Assembly: GCF_044704955.1 (NCBI RefSeq)
Contig: NC_091995.1
Location: forward strand, 434,001-498,000
Length of the DNA: 64,000 nucleotides
Source: Pristiophorus japonicus
Lineage: Eukaryota
Direction of reading: 5' to 3'
How positions within the stretch are numbered: position 1 is the stretch's first letter; the number at the start of each line of letters is the position of its first letter. This document shows positions 1 to 11,719 of the stretch, piece after piece. The notes under the pieces were generated by a model. The model was not told where the DNA came from. It searched no databases and saw only the letters and a list, made by a program, of their open reading frames with translations. Made by a program: the position numbers and the translations under genes.

Positions 1-2672
1 CGGAAGGACATTAGCTTGGATGATGTGGAATCTATATGGGTAGAGCTGCAGAACACTAAAGGACAAAAAACGTTAGTGGGAGTTGTGTACAGACCTCCAA
101 ACAGTAGTAGTGATGTTGGGGAGGGCATCAAACAGGAAATTAGGAGTGCGTGCAATAAAGGTGCAGCAGTTATAATGGGTGACTTTAATATGCACATAGA
201 TTGGGCTAGCCAAACTGGAAGCAATACGGTGGAGGAGGATTTCCTGGAATGCATAAGGGATGGTTTTCTAGACCAATATGTCGAGGAACCAACTAGGGGG
301 GAGGCCATCTTAGACTGGGTGTTGTGTAATGAGAGAGGATTAATTAGTAATCTCGTTGTGCGAGGCCCCTTGGGGAAGAGTGACCATAATATGGTGGAAT
401 TCTGCATTAGGATGGAGAATGAAACAGTTAATTCAGAGACCATGGTCCAGAACTTAAAGAAGGGTAACTTTGAAGGTATGAGGCGTGAATTGGCTAGGAT
501 AGATTGGCTAATGATACTTAAGGGGTTGACTGTGGATGGGCAATGGCAGACATTTAGAGACCGCATGGATGAATTACAACAATTGTACATTCCTGTCTGG
601 CGTAAAAATAAAAAAGGGAAGGTGGCTCAACCGTGGCTATCAAGGGAAATCAGGGATAGTATTAAAGCCAAGGAAGTGGCATACAAATTGGCCAGAAATA
701 GCAGCGAACCTGGGGACTGGGAGAAATTTAGAACTCAGCAGAGGAGGACAAACGGTTTGATTAGGGCAGGGAAAATGGAGTACGAGAAGAAGCTTGCAGG
801 GAACATTAAGGCGGATTGCAAAAGTTTCTATAGGTATGTAAAGAGAAAAAGGTTAGTAAAGACAAACGTAGGTCCCCTGCAGTCAGAATCAGGGGAAGTC
901 ATAACGGGGAACAAAGAAATGGCGGACCAATTGAACAAGTACTTTGGTTCGGTATTCACTAAGGAGGACACAAACAACCTTCCGGATATAAAAGTGGTCT
1001 GAGGGTCTATTAAGGAGGAGGAACTGAGGGAAATCTTTATTAGTCGGGAAATTGTGTTGGGGAAATTGATGGGATTGAAGGCCGATAAATCCCCAGGGCC
1101 TGATGGACTGCATCCCAGAGTACTTAAGGAGGTGGCCTTGGAAATAGCGGATGCATTGACAGTCATTTTCCAACATTCCATTGACTCTGGATCAGTTCCT
1201 ATCGAGTGGAGGGTAGCCAATGTAACCCCACTTTTTAAAAAAGGAGGGAGAGAGAAAGCAGGGAATTATAGACCGGTCAGCCTGACCTCAGTAGTGGGTA
1301 AAATGATGGAATCAATTATTAAAGATGTCATAGCAGCGCATTTGGAAAATGGTGACATGATAGGTCCAAGTCAGCATGGATTTGTGAAAGGGAGATCATG
1401 CTTGACAAATCTTCTGGAATTTTTTGAGGATGTTTCCAATAAAGTGGACAAAGGAGTACCAGTTGATGTGGTATATTTGGACTTTCAGAAGGCTTTCGAC
1501 AAGGTCCCGCACAGGAGATTAATGTGCAAAGTTAAAGCACATGGGATTGGGGGTAGTGTGCTGACGTGGATTGAGAACTGGTTGCCAGACAGGAAGCAAA
1601 GAGTAGGAGTAAATGGGTACTTTTCGGAATGGCAGGCAGTGACTAGTGGGGTACCGCAGGGTTCTGTGCTGGGGCCCCAGCTGTTTACATTGTACATTAA
1701 TGATTTAGACGAGGGGATTAAATGTAGTATCTCCAAATTTGCGGATGACACTAAGTTGGGTGGCAGTGTGAGCTGCGAGGAGGATGCTATGAGGCTACAG
1801 AGTGACTTGGATAGGTTAGGTGAGTGGGCAAATGCGTGGCAGATGAAGTATAATGTGGATAAATGTGAGGTTATCCACTTTGGTGGTAAAAACAGAGAGA
1901 CAGACTATTATCTGAATGGTGACAGATTAGGAAAAGGGAAGGTGCAACGAGATCTGGGTGTCATGGTACATCAGTCATTGAAGGTTGGCATGCAGGTACA
2001 GCAGGCGGTTAAGAAAGCAAATGGCATGTTGGCCTTCATAGTGAGGGGATTTGAGTACAGGGGCAGGGAGGTGTTGCTACAGTTGTACAGGGCCTTGGTG
2101 AGGCCACACCTGGAGTATTGTGTACAGTTTTGGTCTCCTAACTTGAGGAAGGACATTCTTGCTATTGAGGGAGTGCAGCGAAGATTCACCAGACTGATTC
2201 CCGGGATGGTGGGACTGACCTATCAAGAAAGACTGGATCAACTGGGCTTGTATTCACTGGAGTTCAGAAGAGTGAGAGGGGACCTCATAGAAACGTTTAA
2301 AATTCTGACGGGTTTGGACAGGTTGGATGCAGGAAGAATGTTCCCAATGTTGGGGAAGTCCAGAACCAGGGGTCACAGTCTGAGGATAAGGGGTAAGCCA
2401 TTTAGGACCGAGATGAGGAGAAACTTCTTCACCCAGAGAGTGGTGAACCTGTGGAATTCTCTACCACAGAAAGTAGTTGAGGCCAATTCACTAAATATAT
2501 TCAAAAGGGAGTTAGATGAAGTCCTTACTACTCGGGGGATCAAGGGGTATGGCGAGAAAGCAGGAAGGGGGTACTGAAGTTTCATGTTCAGCCATGAACT
2601 CATTGAATGGCGGTGCAGGCTAGAAGGGCTGAATGGCCTGCTCCTGCACCTATTTTCTATGTTTCTATGTTT
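1..2672 (+). mobile_element. CR1-type LINE, near-intact ORF2 (APE endonuclease + reverse transcriptase) with 3' UTR; 5' end lies outside the window
   Basis: ORFs 16-1002 (GVVYRPP, GDFN, SDH endonuclease motifs) and 1054-2577 (QHGF, YLDFQKAFD, GVPQGSVLGP, FADD) are in the same frame, separated by one TGA at 1000-1002. Ends in a (TTTCTATG)n tail at ~2653-2672. Confidence 0.95.
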
Positions 2673-3912
2673 CAGCACAGTCAGGACCACCTACGGCCCA
2701 AGCACCCAAAGCCCCACCCCACAACGGGCCAAGAACAGGGAGATACTCAAGGACACCGAGGCAGTCGGGGCCTGCTGGAAGGAGCACTTCGAGGATCTCC
2801 TCAACCGAGACGCTGTCTTCGACGCGAGTGTCCTGGACTCCATCGCACAGCATGCTACCCGTCACCACCTCGGCACAACCCCAGCCCGGCACGAGGTAGA
2901 AAAGGCCATCCGTCAGCTGAAGAACAACAAGGCCTCAGGAGCAGAAGGAATCCCCGCTGAAGCACTAAAGCATAGCGGAGAAGTACTCTTGGCCTGAATT
3001 CACGACCTCATCTCTCTGATCTGGAGGGAGGAGAGCATGCTGGGGGATCTCAGAGACGCCCGTAATCGTGACCATCTTCAAGAAAGGGGACAAGTCCGAC
3101 TGCGGTAATTACAGAGGCATTTCCCTGCTATCTGCCACAGATTGGCCACAGAGTTAACTCCTTCCACTGATCATTGCAGGCAGTCCCTCGGGATCGAGGA
3201 AGACTTGCTTCCACTCTAAAAGTGAGTTCTCAGGTGACTGAACAGTCCAATACGAGAACCACAGTCCCTGTCACAGGTGGGACAGATAGTCAGTGGAGGA
3301 AAGGGGAGGGTGGGACTGGCTTGCCGCACGCTCCTTCCGCTGCAGAGGGCCAGTAGTTACATTGGGGTTGTGGACAGAGGGATAGCCTGGGAGGACAGAC
3401 GCACCAACGTTAGCATCCTCGACCAGGCCAACATCCCCAGCATCGAAGCACTGACCACACTCGACCAGCTCCGCTGGGCAGGGCCACATTGTCCGCATGT
3501 CAGACACGAGACTCCCAAAGCAAGCGCTCTACTCGGAACCCCTTCACGGCAAACGAGCCAAAGGTGGGCAGAGGAAACGTTACAGGGACACCCTCAAAGC
3601 CTCCCTGATAAAGTGCAACATCCCCACCGACACCTGGGAGTCCCTGGCCAAAGACCACCCTAAGTGGAGGAAGTGCATCCGGGAGGGCGCTGAGCACCTC
3701 GAGTCTCGTCGCCGAGAGCATGCAGAAACCAAGCGCAGGCAGCGGAAGGAGCGTGCGGCAAACCAGTCCCACCCTCCCCTTCCCCCAACCACTGTCTGTC
3801 CCACCTGTGACAGGGACTGTGGTTCCCGTATTGGACGGTTCAGCCACCTGAGGACTCATGTTAAGAGTGGAAGCAAGTCTTCCTCGATCCCGAGGGACGG
3901 CCTGTGATGATG
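2673..3912 (+). mobile_element. RTE-clade LINE fragments: internal piece 2673-3140, inverted 3' piece ~3170-3345, 3' end 3385-3912
   Basis: WKEHFEDLLN...KASGAEGIPAEALK; C-terminal CPTCDRDCGSRIG..SHLRTH C2H2-like motif; GTGGAAGCAAGTCTTCCTCGAT...(TGA)n tail shared with other copies. Confidence 0.8.
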
Positions 3913-4117
3913 GTGGGCTGCTTGACCCCAGTGCTGCGAGATTTAGCTCCCTAACCTCGACAACCCTGAGCCACAGGCCCTGGGCCTCCTGACCGGCTCC
4001 TCGATGAGGAGCGGAGGAACGGCGGCGGCCTGATATGAAAGCGCACAGAAGACGCAAGGTCGCCCCCTTCCCCCCTATACCCCCCCTCCACCCTCCACAG
4101 GCACAGCCCAGTCCCAC

Positions 4118-4224
4118 CTGGTTGGTTCTGCTGTCGTATAACCGGATGTGGCGATCCTTCCCGGCCGTGGCGTATACACCCCCGTCAGAGCAGAAATCCA
4201 GAGCGTGAATCTCATTGTCCTCCT
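4118..4224 (-). CDS. Uncharacterised WD40-repeat protein, coding exon 3 (gene continues past the left window edge)
   Basis: ccccag|AG acceptor and CAG|gtggga donor. EEDNEIHALDFCSDGGVYATAGKDRHIRLYDSRTNQ is a WD40 repeat. Phase 1 start matches the end of exon 2. Confidence 0.85.
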
Positions 4225-4392
4225 CTGGGGAAAGATGTGACACAGGACACACGCCGTGAACACAAGGCACTCATTGCACACTGGCTATCTCAACCCATCG
4301 TTACAGCCTTTCCTCACTCAACATCCACTGCAACAATCTCACACCATCGCCTCTGCTCCCCATTCTTTCTGACCGCATCTAATAAGATCATC

Positions 4393-4780
4393 AGAAATAG
4401 GAGCAGGAGCAGGCCATACGGCCCCTCGAGCCTGCTCCGCCATTTAATACGACCATGGCTGATCCCATCATGGACTCAGCTCCACTTCCCTGCCCGTTCC
4501 CCGTAACCCTTCACTCCCTTATCGTTCAAAAATCTGTCCATCTCCACCTTCAATGTCCCGGCTTCCACAGCTCTCTGAGGCAGAGAATTCCACAGGTTTA
4601 CAACCCTCTGAGAGAAGAAATTCCTCCTCATCTCAGTTTTAAATGGGCGGCCCCTTATTCTAAGACCATGCCCCCTAGTTCTAGTCTCCCCCATCAGTGG
4701 AAATATACCCTCTGCGTCCACCTTGTCAAGCCCCCTCATAATCTGATACGTTTCGATAAGATCACCTCTCATTCTTCGGA
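4393..4780 (-). mobile_element. CR1 LINE 3' fragment (subfamily ending GYGERAGKWS)
   Basis: RRMRGDLIETY...TRGH..K...RRNFFSQRVVNLWNSLP plus CR1 3' UTR. Confidence 0.9.
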
Positions 4781-4865
4781 GCTGTAATAATTTTAACCCC
4801 TCACGGATGCTGAAGCAGTACCCAGTGGCGTTGTCAGGCCAGAGACAAGCACTGTCACACTGTAC

Positions 4866-5046
4866 CCTTGATCCCAGCGACCTGACGTCCGGTCTCTGTG
4901 TTGTAGACGGAGATGATCCCATCAGCCCCAGCAGCCACGAGGAAGTTGGCGTATTTGGGATAGTAGCCCATGGCGGTGACAGCTTCCCGGTTCCGGTGTC
5001 CCGCAAACAGTTCGGAAGTAAGTTTTCCCGTCTCCGCATTCAGTAT
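4866..5046 (-). CDS. Uncharacterised WD40-repeat protein, coding exon 2
   Basis: Polypyrimidine tract + tcag| acceptor; AGG|gtacag donor; 181 nt. ILNAETGKLTSELFAGHRNREAVTAMGYYPKYANFLVAAGADGIISVYNTETGRQVAGIK. Confidence 0.85.
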
Positions 5047-5138
5047 CTGACAGGAGAGAGGGAGGGAGGAGGAAGGCAGGGGGAAATTAGACACATCCGC
5101 CAAACAAATATGTCGACTGAAGTGGAGCTGTCAAGCTC

Positions 5139-5701
5139 TGTTATAATTAAAGGGTTAAGAATAGATCTCGGAACTGAAGCACCGTGACATCGGCTTTTGT
5201 CGTGGCCAACTTTCTAAAGGTGTTGAAAGGGAAATAACACGACAGAATGATTTATTGATATAAGCTGCGTAACCCGAGGACAATTACAGGAAGCCCAACT
5301 GTTGAACACAGGAAGCCCAGAGGGGCAGCTAAACAGGGCAAGGGGTCAAATGTGACACATTGGAAAAGCTCCACCTGGTCAAGGCAAGAGAGATAAAATA
5401 ACATTCCAAATGTGCTAATGAACCTTTGGGACACAGTGAGGTTTCTGGAAACGTACTGGGGATAGGAGTGGTCAGGCTTTGAGTGACAGGGGTTTTGACC
5501 ATTCAAATCAATGAATGTCTCATGTATTGAATGCCGGCCATTATAGGCCGAGGAACTGTATAAAAACCCTGTGTGTTCTTTGTTCAGGGAGAGCGAGTGA
5601 GGACAACTCAGCAACAGGTCGACGCAACTCTCCCCAGTCAGTAATTAATGACGACTTGAATCTTCGAAGTGTTGAGTGTTAATTGTCAATACTCCACGAC
5701 A
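5139..5701 (+). mobile_element. Possible solo LTR
   Basis: Starts TGTTATA, ends ACGACA, with a TATAAAAA box at ~5559. No clear target-site duplication found. Confidence 0.3.
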
Positions 5702-5939
5702 CAGACAAGCAGCTGTCAAAGGCCAAAGCAGACTGTCTCCGTTAGATAGGGAGAGGCTGCAGGGTGAGGTAAGGCAGCAAGTGATCGCAGAGGGTGTGGG
5801 TAATGATGCCAATCGCAGAATGAAACTGGGCCTGTTCACCTGAGCAATGCTCAATGCTGATCCACATCACATCTTCAAAATACTCTCGAAACCATATATA
5901 CACGGGCATATATATCAAGGTCGTTTCATTTCATTCCCC

Positions 5940-6490
5940 GGTCCCTGCCCAATTACCCTGCCCCCTCGCCCTGTACAACTCCCCTGCCCCCTCGCCCTGT
6001 ACAATTCCCCTACCCCCTCGCCCTGTCCAACTCCCCGGCCGCCTCGCCCTGACTAATTCCCCTGCCCCCTCACCCTGTCCAATTCCCCTGCCCCCTCACC
6101 CTGTACAATTCCCCTGCCCCCTCGTCCTGTACAATTACCCTGCCCCCTCACCCTGTACAATTCCCCTGCCCCGTTGCCCTGTACAATTCCCCTGCCCCCT
6201 TGCCCTGTCCAATTACCCTGCCCCCTTGCCTTGTACAATTCCCCTGCCCCCTTGCCCTGCCCCGTTGCCCTGTACAATTCCCCTGCCCCCTTGCCCTGCC
6301 CCATTGCCCTGTACAATTCCCCTGCCCCCTTGCCCTGCCCGCTTGCCCTGCCCCATTGCCCTGTACAATTCCCCTGCCCCCTTGCCCTGCCCGCTTGCCC
6401 TGCCCCGTTGCCCTGTACAATTCCCCTGCCCCCTTGCCCTGCCCCCCTGCCCCATTGCCCTGTACAATTCCCCTGCCCCCTTGCCCTGCC
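5940..6490. repeat. C-rich minisatellite (~26-bp CCCTGTACAATTCCCCTGCCCCCTTG and sub-units) abutting the WD40 exon-1 donor
   Basis: Tandem copies directly visible. Confidence 0.95.
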
Positions 6491-6504
6491 CACATCGCCC
6501 ATAC

Positions 6505-6711
6505 CTGAATGGCTCCATTGCCAAAGCCGACAGCCAGGTGCTGTGTGTCGGGGGAGAAGCGCAGGCTGTAAATACCGCACGGGTCCTTGTTGAGGAAGAC
6601 CCGCTGTCTCACACACAGCTCGGTGTGAGCCTCCCGGCCCGGCTGGTTTTCCGCGTTGACCCCCAACTCTTCAGCTGCCGAGATGGCGTCCTCCAGCTTC
6701 CGACGGGCCAT
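6505..6711 (-). CDS. Uncharacterised WD40-repeat protein, coding exon 1 (exon acceptor at ~6744)
   Basis: ATG at 6711; 207 nt; MARRKLEDAISAAEELG...IYSLRFSPDTQHLAVGFGNGAIQ then CAG|gtatgg donor. Phase 0 joins exon 2. Confidence 0.8.
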
Positions 6712-7154
6712 CTCGGACGGAGGCAGTCACTCCATCGAGGAGGCCTAGTGTTTGGGGGGGAAACGGCAGGGAGTCTAACTATTGTGCTACAATTAGCAAC
6801 ACCTTTTCCTGAGGTACCCAAAGGGATGCAAAGCTGCGGGGGGGGGGCGAGGTATCGCAGCAGCAGTTGTTACCATCAAGTCTGAAGGAAAATATAGAGG
6901 GGGAGTAAGCTGTCCATTTCTCAGTCTCTCTTAGCTAGTTCGAGGCAGGCTGTGAGCCTGCCTTCCCTCTTGGGGCAGATCCCGGCTGTATTCGAGGTGC
7001 AGACACTGCCGCAGAACCAAGGGCTGTTCCATTTCCTCCCCTGGCTGATGTGTCCAGAACCAGGGGTCGCAGTCCCAGGATAAGGGCTCAGCCATTTAGG
7101 ACTGAGAAGAGGAGAAATGTCTTCACTCAGAGGGTGGTGCAGCTATGAAATTCT

Positions 7155-7500
7155 TTGGTTTATTTGTTCCGGGATGTGGGCGTCGCTGGCAAGGCCGGCA
7201 TTTATTGCCCGTCCCTAAGTGCCCCTCTAGCTGGTGGTGAGCCGCCGCCTTGAACCACAGGGGCAGCGATTGCACACCGTCCCATATCGGCCAGACCGGG
7301 TAAGGGCGGTGGATTGGTGAACCAGTTGGGTTTTTACCACAATCCGGCAGTTTAACGGTCACCATGACTGATACAGGGGACTAGCTTCTTATTCCGGATT
7401 TATTTAATGGAGTGAGTTTAAATTCCCCAGCTGCCGTGGTGGGATTATGGAGTGGAGTCCCAGGATCAGGGGTCCTACACCACGACCACTCTGCGACCGT
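7155..7500 (-). mobile_element. Elasmobranch SINE fragment (HE1-like, HER1-LINE-type tail)
   Basis: GGGATGTGGGCGTCGCTGGCAAGGCC.GCATTTATTG tail also present at ~45235. Family assignment is from recall. Confidence 0.55.
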
Positions 7501-7699
7501 ACCTCCGTCGTCACACACATTACTTTTAGCTCACCGCTGATGTGTTGGAATAATAATCCTGCTCGGTACCAGAGGGACCGCTGGCTCTGACATTTGGTGC
7601 ACGTGCTCGGCCTACACACTCTCCACCCCAAAGGGCTGGGGAGCCTCAGTCGTTGAGTATATTCAAGAGACTTTTGGGGACTAAGGGAACTGAGGGACA

Positions 7700-10600
7700 T
7701 GGAGAGGGGTGAGGGAGAGAGGGGGGAGAGGAGGGAGGGAGGGAGAGGGGGGAGGGAGANNNNNNNNNNNNNNNNNNNNNNNNNNNNNNNNNNNNNNNNN
7801 NNNNNNNNNNNNNNNNNNNNNNNNNNNNNNNNNNNNNNNNNNNNNNNNNNNNNNNNNNNNNNNNNNNNNNNNNNNNNNNNNNNNNNNGAGGGGGGAGGGA
7901 GAGGGGGGGGGGGAGAAGAGGGGTTGAGGGAGAGGGGGGAGGGAGAGGGGGAGGGAGAGGGGGTGAGGGAGAGGAGAGAAGGGAGAGGGAGAGGGGGGAG
8001 GGAGAGGGGGTGAGGGAGAGGGGGGGGGGAAGGGGGGAGTGACCGGGGGGAGGGAGAGGGGGGGGTAGAGGGGGTGAGGGAGAGGGGGTGAGGGAGAGGG
8101 GGGGGGGGGGAGAGGGGGGAGTGACCAGGGGGAGGGGGGGGAGGGAGAGGGGGGGGAGAGGGGGGAGGGAGAGGGGGTGAGGGAGAGGGGGTGAGGGAGA
8201 GGGGGGAGGGAGAGGGGGGAGTGAGAGGGGGGAGGGAGAGGGGGGAGGGATAGGGGGTGAGGGAGAGGGGGGAAGGGAGAGGGAGAGGGGGGAAGGGAGA
8301 GGGAGAGGGGGGAGGGAGAGGGGGGGGGAAAGGGGGGAGTGACCGGGGGGGAGGGAGAGGGGTGGAGGGAGAGGGGGGGGGGAGAGGGGGTGAGGGAGAG
8401 GGGGTGAGGGAGAGGAGGGGGGAGTGACCGGGGGGAGGGAGATGGGGGGAGGGAGGGGTGGGGAGAGGGGGGAGGGAGAGGGGGGGGAAGAGGGGGGAGG
8501 GAGAGGGGGGGTGGGGAGGGAGAGGGGGTGAGGGAGAGGGGGGGGGGAGAGGGGGGGAGTGACCAGGGAGAGGGAGGGGGGGGGGGGAGTGACCGGGGGG
8601 GGAGTGACCGGGGGGAGGGAGAGGGGGGGAGTGACCGGGGGGAGGGAGAGGGGGGGAGGGAGAGGGGTGAGGGAGAGGAGGGGAGGGAGAGGGTGGAGTG
8701 ACCAGTGGGAGAGGGAGAGGGGTGGGGACTGACCAGGGGAAGAGAGGGGGGGGGAGTGACCGGGGAGAGGGAGGGGGGGGTGGGAGAGGGGGAAAGACCG
8801 GGGGGAGGGAGAGGGGGAGTGACCGGGGGGAGAGTGACCAGGGGGAGAGAGGGGGAGTGACCGGGGGGAGAGAAGGGGAGAGTGACCAGGGGGAGGGAGA
8901 GGGGGAGTGACCGGGGAGAGGGAGAGGGGGAGTGACCGGGGGGAGAGTGACCGGGGGGAGAGAGGGAGGCAGTGACCGGGGGGAGAGGGGGGAGAGTGAC
9001 CGGGGGGAGGGAGAGGGGGAGAGTGACCGGGGAGAGGGAGAGGGGGAGTGACTGGCGGGAGAGTGACCGGGGTGAGAGGGGGGAGAATGACCGGGGGGAG
9101 GGAGAGGGGGAGTGACCGGGTGATGGGGGAGAGGGGGGCGGAGTGACCAGGGAGAGGGAGAGGGGGAGTGACCGGGGGGAGAGTGACCAGGGGGAGTGAC
9201 CGGGGGGAGAGAGGGGGAGAGTGACCGGGGGGAGAGAGGGGGAGAGTGACCGGGGGGAGGGAGAGGGGGAGTGACCGGGGAGAGGGAGAGGGGGAGTGAC
9301 CGGGGGGAGAGTGACCGGGGGGAGAGAGGGGGAGTGACCGGGGGGAGAGAGGGGGAGAGTGACCGGGGGGACAGGGGGGAGAGTGACCGGGGGGAGGGAG
9401 AGGAGGAGTGACCGGGGGGAGAGAGGGGGAGAGTGACCGGGGGAGTGACCGGGGGGAGACAGGGGGAGAGTGACCGGGGGGCGGGAGAGGGGGAGTGACC
9501 GGGGGAGTGACCGGGGGGGGAGTGACCGGGGGAGTGACCGGGGGGAGTGACCGGGGGAGTAACCGGGGGGGGGGGGAGAGGGGGGGGAGTGACCGGGGGG
9601 AGAGGGGGGGGGAGAGTGACCGGGGGGAGAGGGGGGGAGAGTGACCGGGGGAGTGACCGGGGGGAGAGGGGGGGGGAGTGACCGGGGGAGTGACCGGGGG
9701 GGGAGTGACCGGGGGGAGTAACCGGGGAGTGACGGGGGGAGTGACCGGGCGGAGAGATGGGGGAGTGACCGGGGGAGTGACCGGGGGGAGAGGGGGGGGG
9801 GAGTGACCGGGGGAGTGACCGGGGGGGGAGAGGGGGAAGTGACCGGGGGAGTGACCGGGGGGGGAGTGACCGGGGGGAGAGGGGGGGGGGGAGTGACCGG
9901 GGGGAGTGACCGGGGGGGGAGTGACCGGGGGGAGGGGGGGGGAGTGACCGGGGGGAGTGACCGGGGGGAGAGGGGGGGGGAGTGACCGGGGGAGTGACCA
10001 GAGGGAGAGGGGGGGGGGGAGAGTGACCGGGGGAGTGACCGGGGGGAGAGGGGGGGGAAGTGACCGGGGGGGGAGAGTGACCGAGGGGAGTTACCGGTGG
10101 AGTGACCGGGGGAGAGGGGAGGAGAGTGACCGGGGGAGAGTGACCGGGGGAGTGACCGGGGGGAGAGGGGGGGAGTGACCGGGGGGAGAGGGGGGGGAGA
10201 GTGACCGGGGGAGTGACCGGGGGGAGAGTGACCGGGGGGGAGTTACCGGGGGAGTGACCGGGGGGAGAGGGGGAGGAGTGACCGGGGGAGTGACCGGGGG
10301 GAGAGGGGGAGGAGTGACCGGGGGAGTGACCGGGGGGAGAGGGGGAGGAGTGACCGGGGGAGTGACCGGGGGGAGTTACCGGGGGAGTGACCGGGGGGAG
10401 AGGGGGGGAGAGTGACCGGGGGAGTGACCGGGGGGAGTTACCGGGGGAGTGACCGGGGGGAGAGGGGGGGGAGAGTGACCGGGGGAGTGACCGGGGGGAG
10501 TTACCGGGGGAGTGACCGGGGGGAGAGGGGGGGAGAGTGACCGGGGGAGTGACCGGGGGGAGTTACCGGGGGAGTGACCGGGGGGAGAGCGGGGGGAAGA

Positions 10601-11225
10601 GTGACCCGGGGAGTGACCGGGGGGAGTTACCGGGGGAGTGACCGGGGGGAGAGGGGGAGGAGTGACCGGGGGGAGTTACCGGGGGAGTGACCGGGGGGAG
10701 AGGGGGGGAGAGTGACCGGGGGGAGAGGGGGGGAGAGTGACCGGGGGAGTGACCGGGGGGAGAGTGACCGGGGGAGTGACCGGGGGGAGTTACCGGGGGA
10801 GAGTGACCGGGGGAGTGACCGGGGGGAGTTACCGGGGGAGTGACCGGGGGAGTGACCGGGGGAGAGTGACCGGGGGAGAGTGACCGGGGGAGAGTGACCG
10901 GGGGAGTGACCGGGGGAGTGACCGGGGGGAGTTACCGGGGGAGTGACCGGGGGGAGAGGGGGGGAGAGTGACCGGGGGAGTGACCGGGGGGAGTTACCGG
11001 GGGAGAGTGACCGGGGGAGTGACCGGGGGGAGTTACCGGGGGAGTGACCGGGGGGAGAGGGGGGGGAGTGACCGGGGGAGTGACCGGGGGGAGTTACCGG
11101 GGGAGTGACCGGGGGAGTGACCGGGGGGAGAGGGGGGGGAGTGACCGGGGGAGTGACCGGGGGGGAGAGGGGGAGGAGTGACCGGGGGAGTGACCGGGGG
11201 GAGAGGGGGGGGAGTGACCGGGGGG
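7700..11225. repeat. ~3.5-kb polypurine / G-rich minisatellite (GAGTGACCGGGGG core); includes assembly gap 7760-7887
   Basis: GA-rich tract grading into 13-15 bp GAGTGACCG(G)n units. Confidence 0.95.
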
Positions 11226-11317
11226 ACTAATGACCAGTGGGGGGGTCATGGTGATGGGGTCCAGGGTCAGGGTGATAGGGGTCAAGGGTCAAGGGTCAGG
11301 GTGATGGGGTCACTGAC

Positions 11318-11600
11318 CTTTCCCCGCATCCGTCCAACCGCCGTTAGAGGGAGCGCATGCGCACCAGCGGCACCGCCCGGAAGGTACACACATGCGCACT
11401 GGCGAGCGAGGACCAGTTACACACATGCGCACTGGCGAGCGAGGACCAGTTACACACATGCGCACTGGCGAGCGAGGACCGGTTACACACATGCGCACTG
11501 GCGAGCGAGCACCGGTTACACACATGCGCACTGGCGAGCGAGGACCGGTTACACACATGCGCACTGGCGAGCGAGGACCGGTTACACACGTGCGCAGTCT
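11318..11600 (-). promoter_or_regulatory. Putative CpG-rich promoter and first (5' UTR) exon of the WD40 gene, with a 33-bp tandem repeat
   Basis: Minus-strand donor AAG|gtcagt at 11318/11317. Perfect NRF1 palindrome GCGCATGCGC at ~11353. About 6 copies of ACACATGCGCACTGGCGAGCGAGGACCGGTTAC at 11387-11596. Confidence 0.55.
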
Positions 11601-11719
11601 CCTGTCCCGGTTCCCGCCTGTCCCTCTCCCCTGCAGCACATGCGCACTGAGCAGGGTGCATTGAGTGTCGATGATCCACATTGCCTGCTCCTGGTGCACA
11701 TTCACATTGTTCACACACA

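Noticed and set aside
5854-6885. Cys/Pro-rich keratin-associated or cornifin-like ORF on the + strand
   Set aside because: Minisatellite translation, antisense to the WD40 exon.
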